From NCBI GenBank assembly GCA_964291285.2, contig OZ219785.1, forward strand, positions 352,001 through 416,000: a DNA stretch of 64,000 nucleotides. Reading direction: 5' to 3'. Position 1 is the first letter of the stretch; each line of letters opens with the position of its first letter. Positions 29,515 to 38,399 of the stretch are shown here, piece after piece. The DNA comes from Alphaproteobacteria bacterium. Its GTDB lineage: Bacteria > Pseudomonadota > Alphaproteobacteria > Bin95. A program made the translations under genes and the position numbers. The notes beneath the pieces are model-generated. The model saw nothing but the letters and a program-made list of their open reading frames with translations. It ran no database searches and was not told the origin of the DNA.

Positions 29515-30683
29515 CGTTCCCTCTCCATAGCCCGCGCGAGCGCAACGAGACTGGCGTCGCTTCCGTGTCCGCCGACAATCGACAGCCCGACCGGCAGGCC
29601 ATCCACCGCCGCGCCCGGCAGGTTGACCTGCGGCACGCCGGTGAGGCCCCCATGGCTCGCCAGCACGGAAATGCGGGTCCTCAGCACTTCCTGTTCCGAG
29701 ATCGAAAGGCCCTTCGGCGGGCCGGGGAAGGGCGTGGTCGGCAGGCAGAGCACCGTACGCGGGGGCAGCAGGTGCACCAGCCGGGCCCGCGCCTCGGCCC
29801 GCAACATCGACGCCCAGAGCCGGTCCGCCTCCGCGATGTCCGCGCCGCGCACGAGGTTGCGGGCGACCGAATACGCCATGCGCGGATTGCGCCGGTCGAG
29901 CCAGTCGCGGAAGGTGAGCCAGGCCTCCCAGGGCTGGAGCGTGCGCTGCGCCTTCGCCCAGGCGGAGAGGCCGGGCGGCGCCATCGTCACCTCCTCCGAT
30001 GCGCCCGCGATCCGGCCGAGACGCTCAACCGCCGGCCGGAGCGCGTCGGCCACCTCCGCATCGGCGAAGCCGAAGGCATCGACGGCAACCAGCAGCCGGT
30101 CCGGCAGCGCCTCCGGAATCGCCTCCTGCAACAGCACGGCCGAGACGCGCGCGAAGGTCTCCGCGTCGCGGGCGAACCAGCCGGCCGTGTCGGAGGCCGG
30201 CGCCTGGGCCATCATGCCCCGGAGGTCGAGCCGGCCCCAGGTCGGGCGGATGCCGTAAAGCCCGCAGAAGCTCGACGGCACGCGGACCGAGCCGCCCGTG
30301 TCGGTGCCGAGCGCCGTGTCGCAGAGGCCCGAAGCGACCGCCGAGGCCGAACCCGAAGAAGAGCCGCCCGGCACCCGGTCCGGCGCCGCCGGGTTGAGGG
30401 GCGTGCCGTAGAAGGCGCTCTCGCCGAGAATGCCGAGCGAGACCTCGTCGGTGACCGTCTTGCCGACGAAGGCCGCACCGGCGTCCAGCAGCGCCTCGAC
30501 GGCCCAGGCGTGGTGTCCGGCGGGGGCATCGGCGCCCGGCCAGTCGGGGTTGCCGCCGCCCGTCGGCAGGCCGGCCACGTCGAACAGGTCCTTCGCGGCG
30601 AAGGTCAGCCCGTCCAGCGGCCCGCCGGCGCGGCCCTCGATCCGGCGCTCCGTGCCCGGAACGAAGGCGCCGCCGTCGGCCAC
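29511..30683 (-). CDS. Amidase (amidase signature family)
   Basis: KDLFDV, PGGSSSGSA, GTDTGGSVRVP. Confidence 0.92.
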   Translation of the reverse strand: MADGGAFVPGTERRIEGRAGGPLDGLTFAAKDLFDVAGLPTGGGNPDWPGADAPAGHHAWAVEALLDAGAAFVGKTVTDEVSLGILGESAFYGTPLNPAAPDRVPGGSSSGSASAVASGLCDTALGTDTGGSVRVPSSFCGLYGIRPTWGRLDLRGMMAQAPASDTAGWFARDAETFARVSAVLLQEAIPEALPDRLLVAVDAFGFADAEVADALRPAVERLGRIAGASEEVTMAPPGLSAWAKAQRTLQPWEAWLTFRDWLDRRNPRMAYSVARNLVRGADIAEADRLWASMLRAEARARLVHLLPPRTVLCLPTTPFPGPPKGLSISEQEVLRTRISVLASHGGLTGVPQVNLPGAAVDGLPVGLSIVGGHGSDASLVALARAMERER

Positions 30684-30686
30684 CGG

Positions 30687-31070
30687 CTAATCCCGCTCGA
30701 TGAGCTGGTAGAGCACGCCGTGGCCGTCGGCCGGGTGGACGAACACCATGCCGGTCGCCTCGATGAGCCGCGCGCCGTTCTCCGCCATCTGCGTCTTCGC
30801 GGCCTCAAGGTCGTCCACGGCAAGCGCCACGAGGTGCAGCCCCTCGCCGTTCTTTTCGAGGCTGCGGGCAATCGCGCCGTCGCCGAGCGGCTCGGCGAGC
30901 TCGATGAAGCGCCCGGAGTCGCCGAGCGGCAGGATCGCGCGCCGGAGCCCCAGATCGGGCTCGTCCTCCGGCGGCGCCTCCGCCTTCAGCCCGAGCTTCG
31001 TTTCGTAGTCCTCGAGGCTCCGGTCGAGGTTCCGGACCCGAACGACGATATGGTCGATCCACTTGTGCAT
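30687..31070 (-). CDS. VOC family protein (methylmalonyl-CoA epimerase-like)
   Basis: IDHI..V.NL, IELAEP, GEGLH, FVHP..HGVLYQLIE. Confidence 0.82.
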   Translation of the reverse strand: MHKWIDHIVVRVRNLDRSLEDYETKLGLKAEAPPEDEPDLGLRRAILPLGDSGRFIELAEPLGDGAIARSLEKNGEGLHLVALAVDDLEAAKTQMAENGARLIEATGMVFVHPADGHGVLYQLIERD

Positions 31071-31190
31071 GGCTTTCGCCTTCCTTACTCGCTGTTTTTC
31101 GCGCCGGCACCGGCGCCAAGATGGAATATTCCGCCCGCCCCGGCGGCCACCGCGAGGCGGGCGATGCGACAATCGGCACAGCCCGGCCCG

Positions 31191-31219
31191 CTTGAAGCGC
31201 GGCGGGCAGGCCGCTATAT
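31191..31219 (+). promoter_or_regulatory. Alphaproteobacterial consensus promoter upstream of DJ-1/PfpI gene
   Basis: CTTGAA-17 nt-CTATAT. Confidence 0.6.
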
Positions 31220-31350
31220 GGATGCCATAAATTTACTCCCGCGCCCATGACTGCATGGCCCGCGACGCCGTTTACGGCGGAACGGGACGGGAGACTTACA
31301 GTCGCGGACAGACGAATGGACCGCGAGGTTGAAGGAAGGAGAACCGCCCC

Positions 31351-31926
31351 ATGTCCGACCAGAAGCGCCTTTCCGGCATGACCGTCGCCGTGCTCGTCGC
31401 CAATGGCTTCGAGGAAATCGTCATGACCGACACCCAGAAGGCGCTGGCTGCCGAGGGCGCCGCGATCCGCATCGTCAGCCATGAGATCGGGCTGGCCAAC
31501 GGTTGGCATGAGGGGACCTGGGGTCACAATTTCTACATCGACACCCGCATTACGGACGCGCTGCCGAGCGACTTCGACGGCCTGCTGGTGCCGGGCGGGG
31601 AGCGCAGCATCGCCGCGCTCAGGGAGAACGCCCACGCCCGCCGCGTGGTCAAGGGCATGATGGAAGCAGGCAAACTCGTCGCCATTGTGGGCGACGCGGT
31701 GGAAATGCTGGTCGCGGCGGAAGCCGCGCGGGGCCGCAAGGTGACGGGCGCCGAGGCGTCGCGCGCCCGCGTCGAGGCGATGGGCGCCGTCTGGTCCGAG
31801 GCGCCGCTCACCGTCGATGGCAATCTGGTCAGCACCGCGAGCTCGGAAGAGCTGGAGGGGCTGATCGCCGCCGTGATCGACAGCCTTGTCGCCGCGCCGG
31901 AAGGCGAGCGCCAGCAGGCCGCCTGA
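31351..31926 (+). CDS. DJ-1/PfpI family protein (catalytic Cys absent)
   Basis: VAVLVANGFE, FDGLLVPGG, VDGNLV; AIVGDA replaces AICHG. Confidence 0.82.
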   Translation: MSDQKRLSGMTVAVLVANGFEEIVMTDTQKALAAEGAAIRIVSHEIGLANGWHEGTWGHNFYIDTRITDALPSDFDGLLVPGGERSIAALRENAHARRVVKGMMEAGKLVAIVGDAVEMLVAAEAARGRKVTGAEASRARVEAMGAVWSEAPLTVDGNLVSTASSEELEGLIAAVIDSLVAAPEGERQQAA

Positions 31927-31961
31927 CGCCCGTTTCCCGGCAAACCGCCCGCCGCCGGGGG

Positions 31962-32429
31962 TCAGAACACGCCCGCTTCGAGCCCGGCGGCGAGCGTCAT
32001 GCCGAGTTCCTCGCAGTCGGCGGCGAACGTCTCCTGCCATTCTCCCCGGCAGAGCACCGGCTCGGCCACCGCGCGCCAGCGCAGGCCCGTCGTAATGGTC
32101 TCGATGGCGCGCCTCGTGCCGGTGCCGTCATGGCCCGCGCGGATGTAGAAACCGAAGGGGCGGCCCTGGGTTTCCTCCAGGCAGGGATAGTAGATGCGGT
32201 CGAAGAAGTCCTTCAGCGCACCGCTCATATAGCCGAGATTCTCCGTCGTCCCGAGCAGCAGCGCATCGGCGGCGAGCACATGGTCCGGCGTCGCGTCGAA
32301 GGGGCTCAGCACCTCCGTTTCGACGCCCTCGATATCGGGATGGCGCGCGCCGGCCGCCGCGGCGTCCCGCAGCCGGAGCGTATTCGGCGAGGGCGCGTGG
32401 GCGACGATCAGCAGGCGGCGGCCGGACAT
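31962..32429 (-). CDS. Flavodoxin family protein
   Basis: HAPSPNT, GTTENLGYMSGALKDFFDR, AGHDGTG. Confidence 0.85.
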   Translation of the reverse strand: MSGRRLLIVAHAPSPNTLRLRDAAAAGARHPDIEGVETEVLSPFDATPDHVLAADALLLGTTENLGYMSGALKDFFDRIYYPCLEETQGRPFGFYIRAGHDGTGTRRAIETITTGLRWRAVAEPVLCRGEWQETFAADCEELGMTLAAGLEAGVF

Positions 32430-33499
32430 GCCTGCTCCAGCAGGAATGGCGCGCCCGAGCCGGCGGCGACGGCGCGGATCTCTTCGAACAGGGTCCCGGT
32501 CATCGGGATGCCGGTCGTGAGCCGTTCGTGGCGCGCGTCATGCTCGGGGTCGCCCGGCACCAGCACCGGCCGGGCCGGGTCGGCCGGCGGCGTCGCCCGC
32601 AGCGCCGCCATCAGCGAGCCCAGATCGCCGGCGAAACGCTCATTGAAGAAGGCGGGGTCGAGCGCGAGGAAGAAATGGCCGACCTCAATGAACCGGCCGG
32701 GCGCGCCCGTAGCCAGGTCGATGCCGCCCACATTCGCGCCGCCGAGCACGCTGGCGAGTATCTCCACCATCATCGCAAGGCCGTAGCCCTTGTGGCTGCC
32801 GAGCGTGCGGCTGCCGCCGAGCGGCGTCAGGCGCTTCGGCTTCGCATTGAAGGCGGCGGCCGCATCGGTCTCGGGCAGGCCGTCCGGGCGCACGGCCCAG
32901 CCTTCCGGCAGCGGCTTGCCGGCCCGGCGCGCGATGTTGACCTTGCCGACCGCGACGGTGCTGGTCGCCATGTCGAGCGAGAACGGGTCGCCCTCGGCCG
33001 GGCTCGCGGCAAACGCGATGGGATTGGTGGAGAAGCGCGGCTCGCGGGCGCCGGTCGGCACCACGGAACGCTGGGTCGTGCCGGTGCAGGCGAAGCCGAT
33101 GAGGCCGCGCCCGGCGGCGATGGTGGAATAGACGCCGGCCGCGCCGAAATGGTTGGAATGGACCACGACCGAAACGCCGAGCCCCGTCGCCGCCGCCTTG
33201 TCGCAGGCCCGTTCCATGGCGAAGCGCGCGGGCGGATGGCCGATGCCGTGGCCCGCATCGACCAGGGTCAGCACCGGCCCCTCGCGCAGCGTGCGGACCT
33301 CTGCCAGCGGGTCGATCCTGCCGTCGCGTCGGCGCTGGTCGTAGGTCGGCAGCATGCCGACGCCGTGGCTGTCTATGCCGCGCAGATCGGCCTCGACCAT
33401 GAGCGCCACGGCGGTCTCGACAGGCTCCGGCCGCATGCCCCAGGCGAGGAACACCGCCCGTATCTGCGCCGCCAGCACGCTGTGCGGAACGGTAATCAT
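32408..33499 (-). CDS. Ldh_2 family oxidoreductase
   Basis: ADLRGIDSHG, SNHFGAAG, TNPIAF, LDMATS, HKGYGLA. Confidence 0.9.
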   Translation of the reverse strand: MITVPHSVLAAQIRAVFLAWGMRPEPVETAVALMVEADLRGIDSHGVGMLPTYDQRRRDGRIDPLAEVRTLREGPVLTLVDAGHGIGHPPARFAMERACDKAAATGLGVSVVVHSNHFGAAGVYSTIAAGRGLIGFACTGTTQRSVVPTGAREPRFSTNPIAFAASPAEGDPFSLDMATSTVAVGKVNIARRAGKPLPEGWAVRPDGLPETDAAAAFNAKPKRLTPLGGSRTLGSHKGYGLAMMVEILASVLGGANVGGIDLATGAPGRFIEVGHFFLALDPAFFNERFAGDLGSLMAALRATPPADPARPVLVPGDPEHDARHERLTTGIPMTGTLFEEIRAVAAGSGAPFLLEQACPAAAC

Positions 33500-34530
33500 G
33501 CATGCTCCAGCAGGAAGGGCGCGCCGGAACGCGTGCAGACGTCGCGCAACTCCTCGAAGAGCGTGCCGGTCATCGGGATGCCGTTGGCCTTGCGCTCGGC
33601 ATGGGCTGCATATTCCGGGTCGCCGGCGACCATGACGGGCTGCGCGGGGTCGGCGGGCGGCGTCGCGCGCAGCATGTCGAGCAGCCGGTCCATGTCGGCC
33701 TCGAAATCCCCCTCCCCGCGCAGGTGCGAGGGATCGACGGCGAAGAAGAAATGCCCGGTCTCGTGGCCGAGGCAGCCGGAGAGCGTCGCGCAGAGGATCT
33801 CCACCATGGCGCCGAGGCCGTAGCCCTTGTGGCCGCCCAGCTCGCGCGTGCCGCCGAGCGGCGTCAACCGCCCGACATCGTGCCCGTGCGGCGCATCCGT
33901 GATCGGCGCGCCGGAACGGTCCACCATCCAGCCTTCCGGCAGCGGCTTGCCGGCGCGGCGCGCGATCGAGACCTTGCCGAACGCGACCGTGCTGGTCGCC
34001 ATGTCCAGCGCGAAGGGCCGGTTCGCCGCGGCCGGGGCGGCGAAGCCGATGGGGTTGGTGCCGAGCGCGGCATCGGCGCCGAACGTCGGGGCCACCTGCT
34101 TGGTCGGCGCATTGGTGAGCGAGAGGCCGACCAGCCCCTCTTCCGCCGCCATGCCGGAATAGTAGCCGGCAGCGCCGTAATGGTTGGAGTTGCGCACCGC
34201 GACCGCCGCCGCGCCCACCTGCCGCGCCTTGTCCATGGCGGTCCGCATGGCGAGCATAGCGGGCGGGTGGCCGAGGCTCCGCCCGGCGTCGATGAGCGCC
34301 AGCGCGCCCGTCTCGCGCTCGATGCGGATGTCGGGCCTCGGCTCGATGCGGCCCTCCTCCTTCGCCTTCTGGTACCAGGGCAGCATGCCGACGCCGTGGC
34401 TGTCGATGCCGGCGAGGTCGGTCTCGACCATGACATGCACGGTCGTCTCGATATGGTCGCGCGCCATGCCCCAGGTCTCGAAGACCGCGGCGATCTGGCG
34501 GCGAAGCAAGGTGTCGTCGATGGTATGCAT
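33496..34530 (-). CDS. Ldh_2 family oxidoreductase (tandem paralog)
   Basis: DLAGIDSHG, SNHYGAAG, GTNPIG, LDMATS, HKGYGLG. Confidence 0.9.
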   Translation of the reverse strand: MHTIDDTLLRRQIAAVFETWGMARDHIETTVHVMVETDLAGIDSHGVGMLPWYQKAKEEGRIEPRPDIRIERETGALALIDAGRSLGHPPAMLAMRTAMDKARQVGAAAVAVRNSNHYGAAGYYSGMAAEEGLVGLSLTNAPTKQVAPTFGADAALGTNPIGFAAPAAANRPFALDMATSTVAFGKVSIARRAGKPLPEGWMVDRSGAPITDAPHGHDVGRLTPLGGTRELGGHKGYGLGAMVEILCATLSGCLGHETGHFFFAVDPSHLRGEGDFEADMDRLLDMLRATPPADPAQPVMVAGDPEYAAHAERKANGIPMTGTLFEELRDVCTRSGAPFLLEHA

Positions 34531-34582
34531 GGCCTCTCCCCCCGCTCCGGCGCATGATAAGCCCGCTTGAGGAGGAAGCGCG

Positions 34583-35032
34583 ATGGCCGAATTCGACACC
34601 CCCGCCGAGGACGCAGACGCGATCCGGGCCTGGTTCGACGAGTGGGGCGCGGAGGTGGCGCGGCGGGATTTCGCCTCCGCGCGCCGGCGCTTCGACCCGG
34701 ATGTGCTCGGCTTCGGCACCTGGATGGACCATGTCGAGGGCCTGGATGCGCTGGAGGCGCGGCAATGGCGCAGCATCTGGCCCGGTATCGAGGATTTCGA
34801 GCACCTGACCGAGGGCCTGCGCTGCATGGTGTCGCCGGACCGGCTGATGGCCTTCGGGATGACGGTGTGGACCTCCACCGGCTTCCACGAGGACGGAACC
34901 GCATACGAACGGCCCGGCCGGACGACGGCGGTCTTCACGCGGGAGAAGCCCGGCGACCCGTGGCGCTGCGTGCACACCCATGTTTCGCTGTTCCGGGATG
35001 TGCCGCAGCGCTCCTGGGGCCGCGGGGCCTGA
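34583..35032 (+). CDS. NTF2/SnoaL-like family protein
   Basis: AGGAGG RBS; FDPDVLGFGT, GRTTAVF, WRCVHTHVS. Confidence 0.8.
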   Translation: MAEFDTPAEDADAIRAWFDEWGAEVARRDFASARRRFDPDVLGFGTWMDHVEGLDALEARQWRSIWPGIEDFEHLTEGLRCMVSPDRLMAFGMTVWTSTGFHEDGTAYERPGRTTAVFTREKPGDPWRCVHTHVSLFRDVPQRSWGRGA

Positions 35033-35045
35033 CGACGGCTGCGGC

Positions 35046-35219
35046 TCAGGCGGGCCGGCCGCGATAAGAGGGGTTCGAGGTCTGCCCGGCGAAACGGGCG
35101 GCGAGGAAGGCCCTGAGCCGGGCGAAGGCGGCGGCGAAGGCCTGGGCCCGCAACTGCCGGCCGCGGGCGACCGCCCGGTCGATTTCGGCTTGGGTGAGGG
35201 TGTAGGGTCTCTGGATCAT
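35046..35219 (-). CDS. Small protein, RSP_7527-like (57 aa)
   Basis: MIQRPYTLTQAEIDRAVARGRQLRAQAFAAAFARLRAFLAARFAGQTSNPSYRGRPA; GGAGACAGGA RBS; divergent from LysR. Confidence 0.65.
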   Translation of the reverse strand: MIQRPYTLTQAEIDRAVARGRQLRAQAFAAAFARLRAFLAARFAGQTSNPSYRGRPA

Positions 35220-35306
35220 CTGTCCTGTCTCCGGGTTCGGATTTCCGTTGACGCCCCATTTATTGCCGCTTTCTTCATTTACAATGAGACGAAAAATGAT
35301 ATGATA

Positions 35307-35323
35307 TTTGCAAATGAAGCAAA
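35307..35323. promoter_or_regulatory. LysR-type binding palindrome (T-N11-A)
   Basis: TTTGC-N7-GCAAA in the AT-rich divergent intergenic region. Confidence 0.6.
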
Positions 35324-35335
35324 GATGAGCGCGCC

Positions 35336-36292
35336 ATGAATTCCCTGAACGCCATTCGCCTGTTCACCGCCTCCGTCGATGCCGGCAGCTTCTCCGAGGT
35401 AGGGCGCCGGCTCGGCATGGCGCCTTCCTCGGTGTCGCGGCAGGTCGCGGCGCTGGAGGACAGCGTGGGCGCCCAGCTCATTCACCGCACCACCCGCAAG
35501 CTCAGCCTGACGGAGGCCGGGCGGCTCTATTTCGAGCGCGTCTCGCGCATCCTGGCGGCGCTCGACGAGGCGTCCGCCGCCGTCTCGCATCTGGAGGAGT
35601 CGCCGCGCGGCGTGCTGCATGTCAACGGACCCACGGCCTTCGGCGTCCGCCATGTCGCCCCGGCGCTCCCGGACTTCCTTGCGCGTTATCCGGAAGTGCG
35701 GATCGAGCTCACGCTCACCGACAATTTCGTGGACCTTCTGGAAGTGGGCGCCGATGTCGCCGTGCGCGTGGGCGAGCTCGAGGACTCGAGCCTGATCGCG
35801 CGCCGGCTCGCGCCCAACCGGCGCGTCCTCTGCGCCAGCCCCGGCTATCTGGCCAAGGCCGGATCGCCGGATCGCCCGCAGGACCTCGCGGACCACAATT
35901 GCCTCGTCTATACGCGCCACCACGGCAGTGTGAACTGGAACCTCGGCGGCCCGGACGGGCTCGCGGAAGTGCGCGTCGGCGGCAATCTGCGCACCAACAA
36001 CACCGAGGCGGTCCATGCCGCGGCGCTCGGCGGGCTCGGCATCGCGCTCCTGCCCTCCTGGCTGGTGGGGCAGGAGGTGCAGTCCGGCCGGCTCGTCGAA
36101 GTGCTGCCCGGCTACCGGGCCGCGCCCGGCGCGCTCGACACCGGCATCCACGCCCTCTACCCCGCCGACCGCCACCTCTCCACCAAGGTCCGCGCCTTCG
36201 TGGATTTCATGGTGGAACGTTTCGGCCCCCGCCCCTACTGGGAGGAGACGCCGGAGGGCAGCGCCGGACCGGATCCCCGGATGGCGCGCTGA
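35336..36292 (+). CDS. LysR family transcriptional regulator
   Basis: GSFSEVGRRL..SSVSRQVAALE..LIHRTTRKLSLTEAG; substrate-binding domain. Confidence 0.94.
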   Translation: MNSLNAIRLFTASVDAGSFSEVGRRLGMAPSSVSRQVAALEDSVGAQLIHRTTRKLSLTEAGRLYFERVSRILAALDEASAAVSHLEESPRGVLHVNGPTAFGVRHVAPALPDFLARYPEVRIELTLTDNFVDLLEVGADVAVRVGELEDSSLIARRLAPNRRVLCASPGYLAKAGSPDRPQDLADHNCLVYTRHHGSVNWNLGGPDGLAEVRVGGNLRTNNTEAVHAAALGGLGIALLPSWLVGQEVQSGRLVEVLPGYRAAPGALDTGIHALYPADRHLSTKVRAFVDFMVERFGPRPYWEETPEGSAGPDPRMAR

Positions 36293-36390
36293 AAACCGCG
36301 CGCCCGCGTCCGGAATCCCGGCCTGGCGAGGGCGGCCCAAGGCCGGCCGCCGCCGCAGGCAGCGCGGCGCGGCCGCGGACACCTGCGGAA

Positions 36391-37715
36391 TGTCATGAAG
36401 TGTCATGTTTTGTCATGGTCGGGGGCGGAACCGGCGTCCTCCGGGCCGGTCCTCCGCTTCTTCCCCTTCTTCTTTTTCTGCTTCTTCCTCCTCGCCGCCG
36501 GTCCGCTCCAATCGTCGTCTTCGTCGCCGCCCCGCTCTTCCCGTTCGAGGCGGCTCTGCCTGCGTTCCTCGACCTCCTCCGGGGCCCAGGGGTCGTAGAT
36601 GTCGTCGTAGCCGTTGCGGCGCTGGTATAGCCAGTCATGTTCGGCGCCGTCGGCCCGGTCGTCGTCGGTGCTGTCCTCGTGGCCGGGCGTGTCGGCGGCG
36701 GCCCACGGGCAGTCTTCGTAGGTCTCCTCCGGCGGGTCGTCGGCCGGCGGCAGGTCGTTTGCCGGCGCGGGCGGGGGGCCGAAGCCGACGGGCAGGCGGG
36801 AGCGCTCCTCGACGGCCGCGGCGAGCCTGCGGGCGGCCTCCTCATGCGCGGCCCCGTCGAAGCCCTCCTGCGCCTCCATCTCCTCGCGCCGCTCGCGGTG
36901 GCGGGCGAGCGCCCTCTCGGCCCGGTCCCGCCCCCGGCGCACGGCGTCTGCGAGCGGTCCGGGTTCGGTGCCGGTCTCCTGCGCCTCGCCCGCCTCGATC
37001 TCGCCGAACTCGTCCTCGTGCGGCAGCGGCCAGAGCCGGGCGCGGTTCGCGCCGGCCGGACTGACAAGCCCGGCGACCTCGGCCTGGAAGCGCAGTACCC
37101 GAAGCATCATGTAAGCCGAGCCGCTGGCGACGGCGGCGTCCCAGGCCTGCTCCGAGCGGGCGAGCAGGATGCGGGCCTCGTCGCGTTCGGTGCGCTTCCA
37201 GGACAGGCGGATGCGGCGCACGCGCTCAACGATGTAGGGCCGCTCCAGCAGGGCGCATCCGGTCTGCCTTGCGGAGCGCTCGGCATAGCCGGCCTGCCTT
37301 GCGGCGTCTGCGGCATTGCCGGAGGCGGTGTAGTGGCGGCAGAAGGCCTCCTGGCGGGTGGAAAGCGCGACGGCGGGGTCGATGACGGGCATGGTGTGCG
37401 GCTCCTTTGGTTCCGCTTCGGTTCGACGGCCATGCCGCCCCGGCATCGGAGCGACCCTTATCCGCGCGTATCCTGCGCGCGCCTGTGCCGGCGCGGGCGG
37501 GTGTCGGCGCCGGCGCGGTTCGCGCGCCTGATTGCGCGGGCGCGAGGCAGGCACAGGACGCACCTCGCCTGTCGGCTGAATCGGGGTCGTTCCGCACCGG
37601 GCCGGCGCGGGCGGGAAGCGGTCCGCGCGGACTTCGCTCACCTCGGACCCATTGTAGCACATTTTCCTAAAATGCAAGTCATGTTCTAGAATTTTTTCAA
37701 AATATGCGAACAAAC
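36391..37715 (-). repeat. Dispersed element copy C (longest; carries terminase-small-subunit-like gene)
   Basis: Leader 37455-37577 matches copies A and B; TGTCATG at 36391, 36401, 36411; TTGCAT-15-TACAAT promoter with extended -10. Confidence 0.8.
36403..37392 (-). CDS. Terminase small subunit-like HTH protein with acidic/basic low-complexity tail (329 aa)
   Basis: LSTRQEAFCRHY..SGNAADAARQAGYAERSARQTGCALLERPYI resembles the Terminase_2 N-terminus; AAGGAG RBS. Confidence 0.75.
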   Translation of the reverse strand: MPVIDPAVALSTRQEAFCRHYTASGNAADAARQAGYAERSARQTGCALLERPYIVERVRRIRLSWKRTERDEARILLARSEQAWDAAVASGSAYMMLRVLRFQAEVAGLVSPAGANRARLWPLPHEDEFGEIEAGEAQETGTEPGPLADAVRRGRDRAERALARHRERREEMEAQEGFDGAAHEEAARRLAAAVEERSRLPVGFGPPPAPANDLPPADDPPEETYEDCPWAAADTPGHEDSTDDDRADGAEHDWLYQRRNGYDDIYDPWAPEEVEERRQSRLEREERGGDEDDDWSGPAARRKKQKKKKGKKRRTGPEDAGSAPDHDKT

Positions 37716-37810
37716 AGTCGGCAAGCCCTCCCGTCTCCCCACCGGCCGCCACCTCTCCACCGAGGTCCGGGCTTTCGTCGATCTGCCGGTCGAACGCTGC
37801 GGTCCCGTCC

Positions 37811-38380
37811 CTACCGGGAAGACCCGCCGAAGGGCGCCGCAGACGCATCCCCGGTGCGTTGAAAGTCGGCCGCCTGCATCCCGTATCTCAGCACTTCCAG
37901 TCCGAAGGCGCGGACGAGGCCGGGGCCGCGTCTCATGCCGAGGCGCTCCAGCACCGCGATGGAGGAGGCGTTTTCCGGCAGGACGAAGGCCGCAATCTCC
38001 GGCAGCGCCAGCCTGTCGAACCCGTATGCCAGCGCGGCGCGCCCGCCTTCGGTCGCATAGCCCCGTCCCTGGACCGCGGGGTCGATCAGGAAGAGGAGCT
38101 CGGTCTCGCCGAACTCCGGCAGGCGCCTAAGGCCCAGATGCCCGACAAGGCGGCCCGAGGCGCGTTCGACGACCGCCCAGGGGCCGTAGCCATCCTGGTT
38201 CCACGCCTCGCGGAACGCCGCAAGCGTCGCATCGGACCGGCGCGCGGCTTCGGCCGCGTCCTCCGTATGGCTCGGCAGGAAGCGCGTCACGCCGGGCTTG
38301 CCCCGTATCGCCCGGTAGGCCGGCCCGTCGCCCTCCTCGAAGGGCCGCAGCAGCAGGCGGCCGGTATCCATCCGGGTCAT
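37811..38380 (-). CDS. GNAT family N-acetyltransferase (RimJ/RimL-like)
   Basis: TGRLLLRP, QGRGYATE, NASSIAVLERLGM. Confidence 0.88.
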   Translation of the reverse strand: MTRMDTGRLLLRPFEEGDGPAYRAIRGKPGVTRFLPSHTEDAAEAARRSDATLAAFREAWNQDGYGPWAVVERASGRLVGHLGLRRLPEFGETELLFLIDPAVQGRGYATEGGRAALAYGFDRLALPEIAAFVLPENASSIAVLERLGMRRGPGLVRAFGLEVLRYGMQAADFQRTGDASAAPFGGSSR

Positions 38381-38399
38381 GCCGCCGTCCTGCCGGCGC

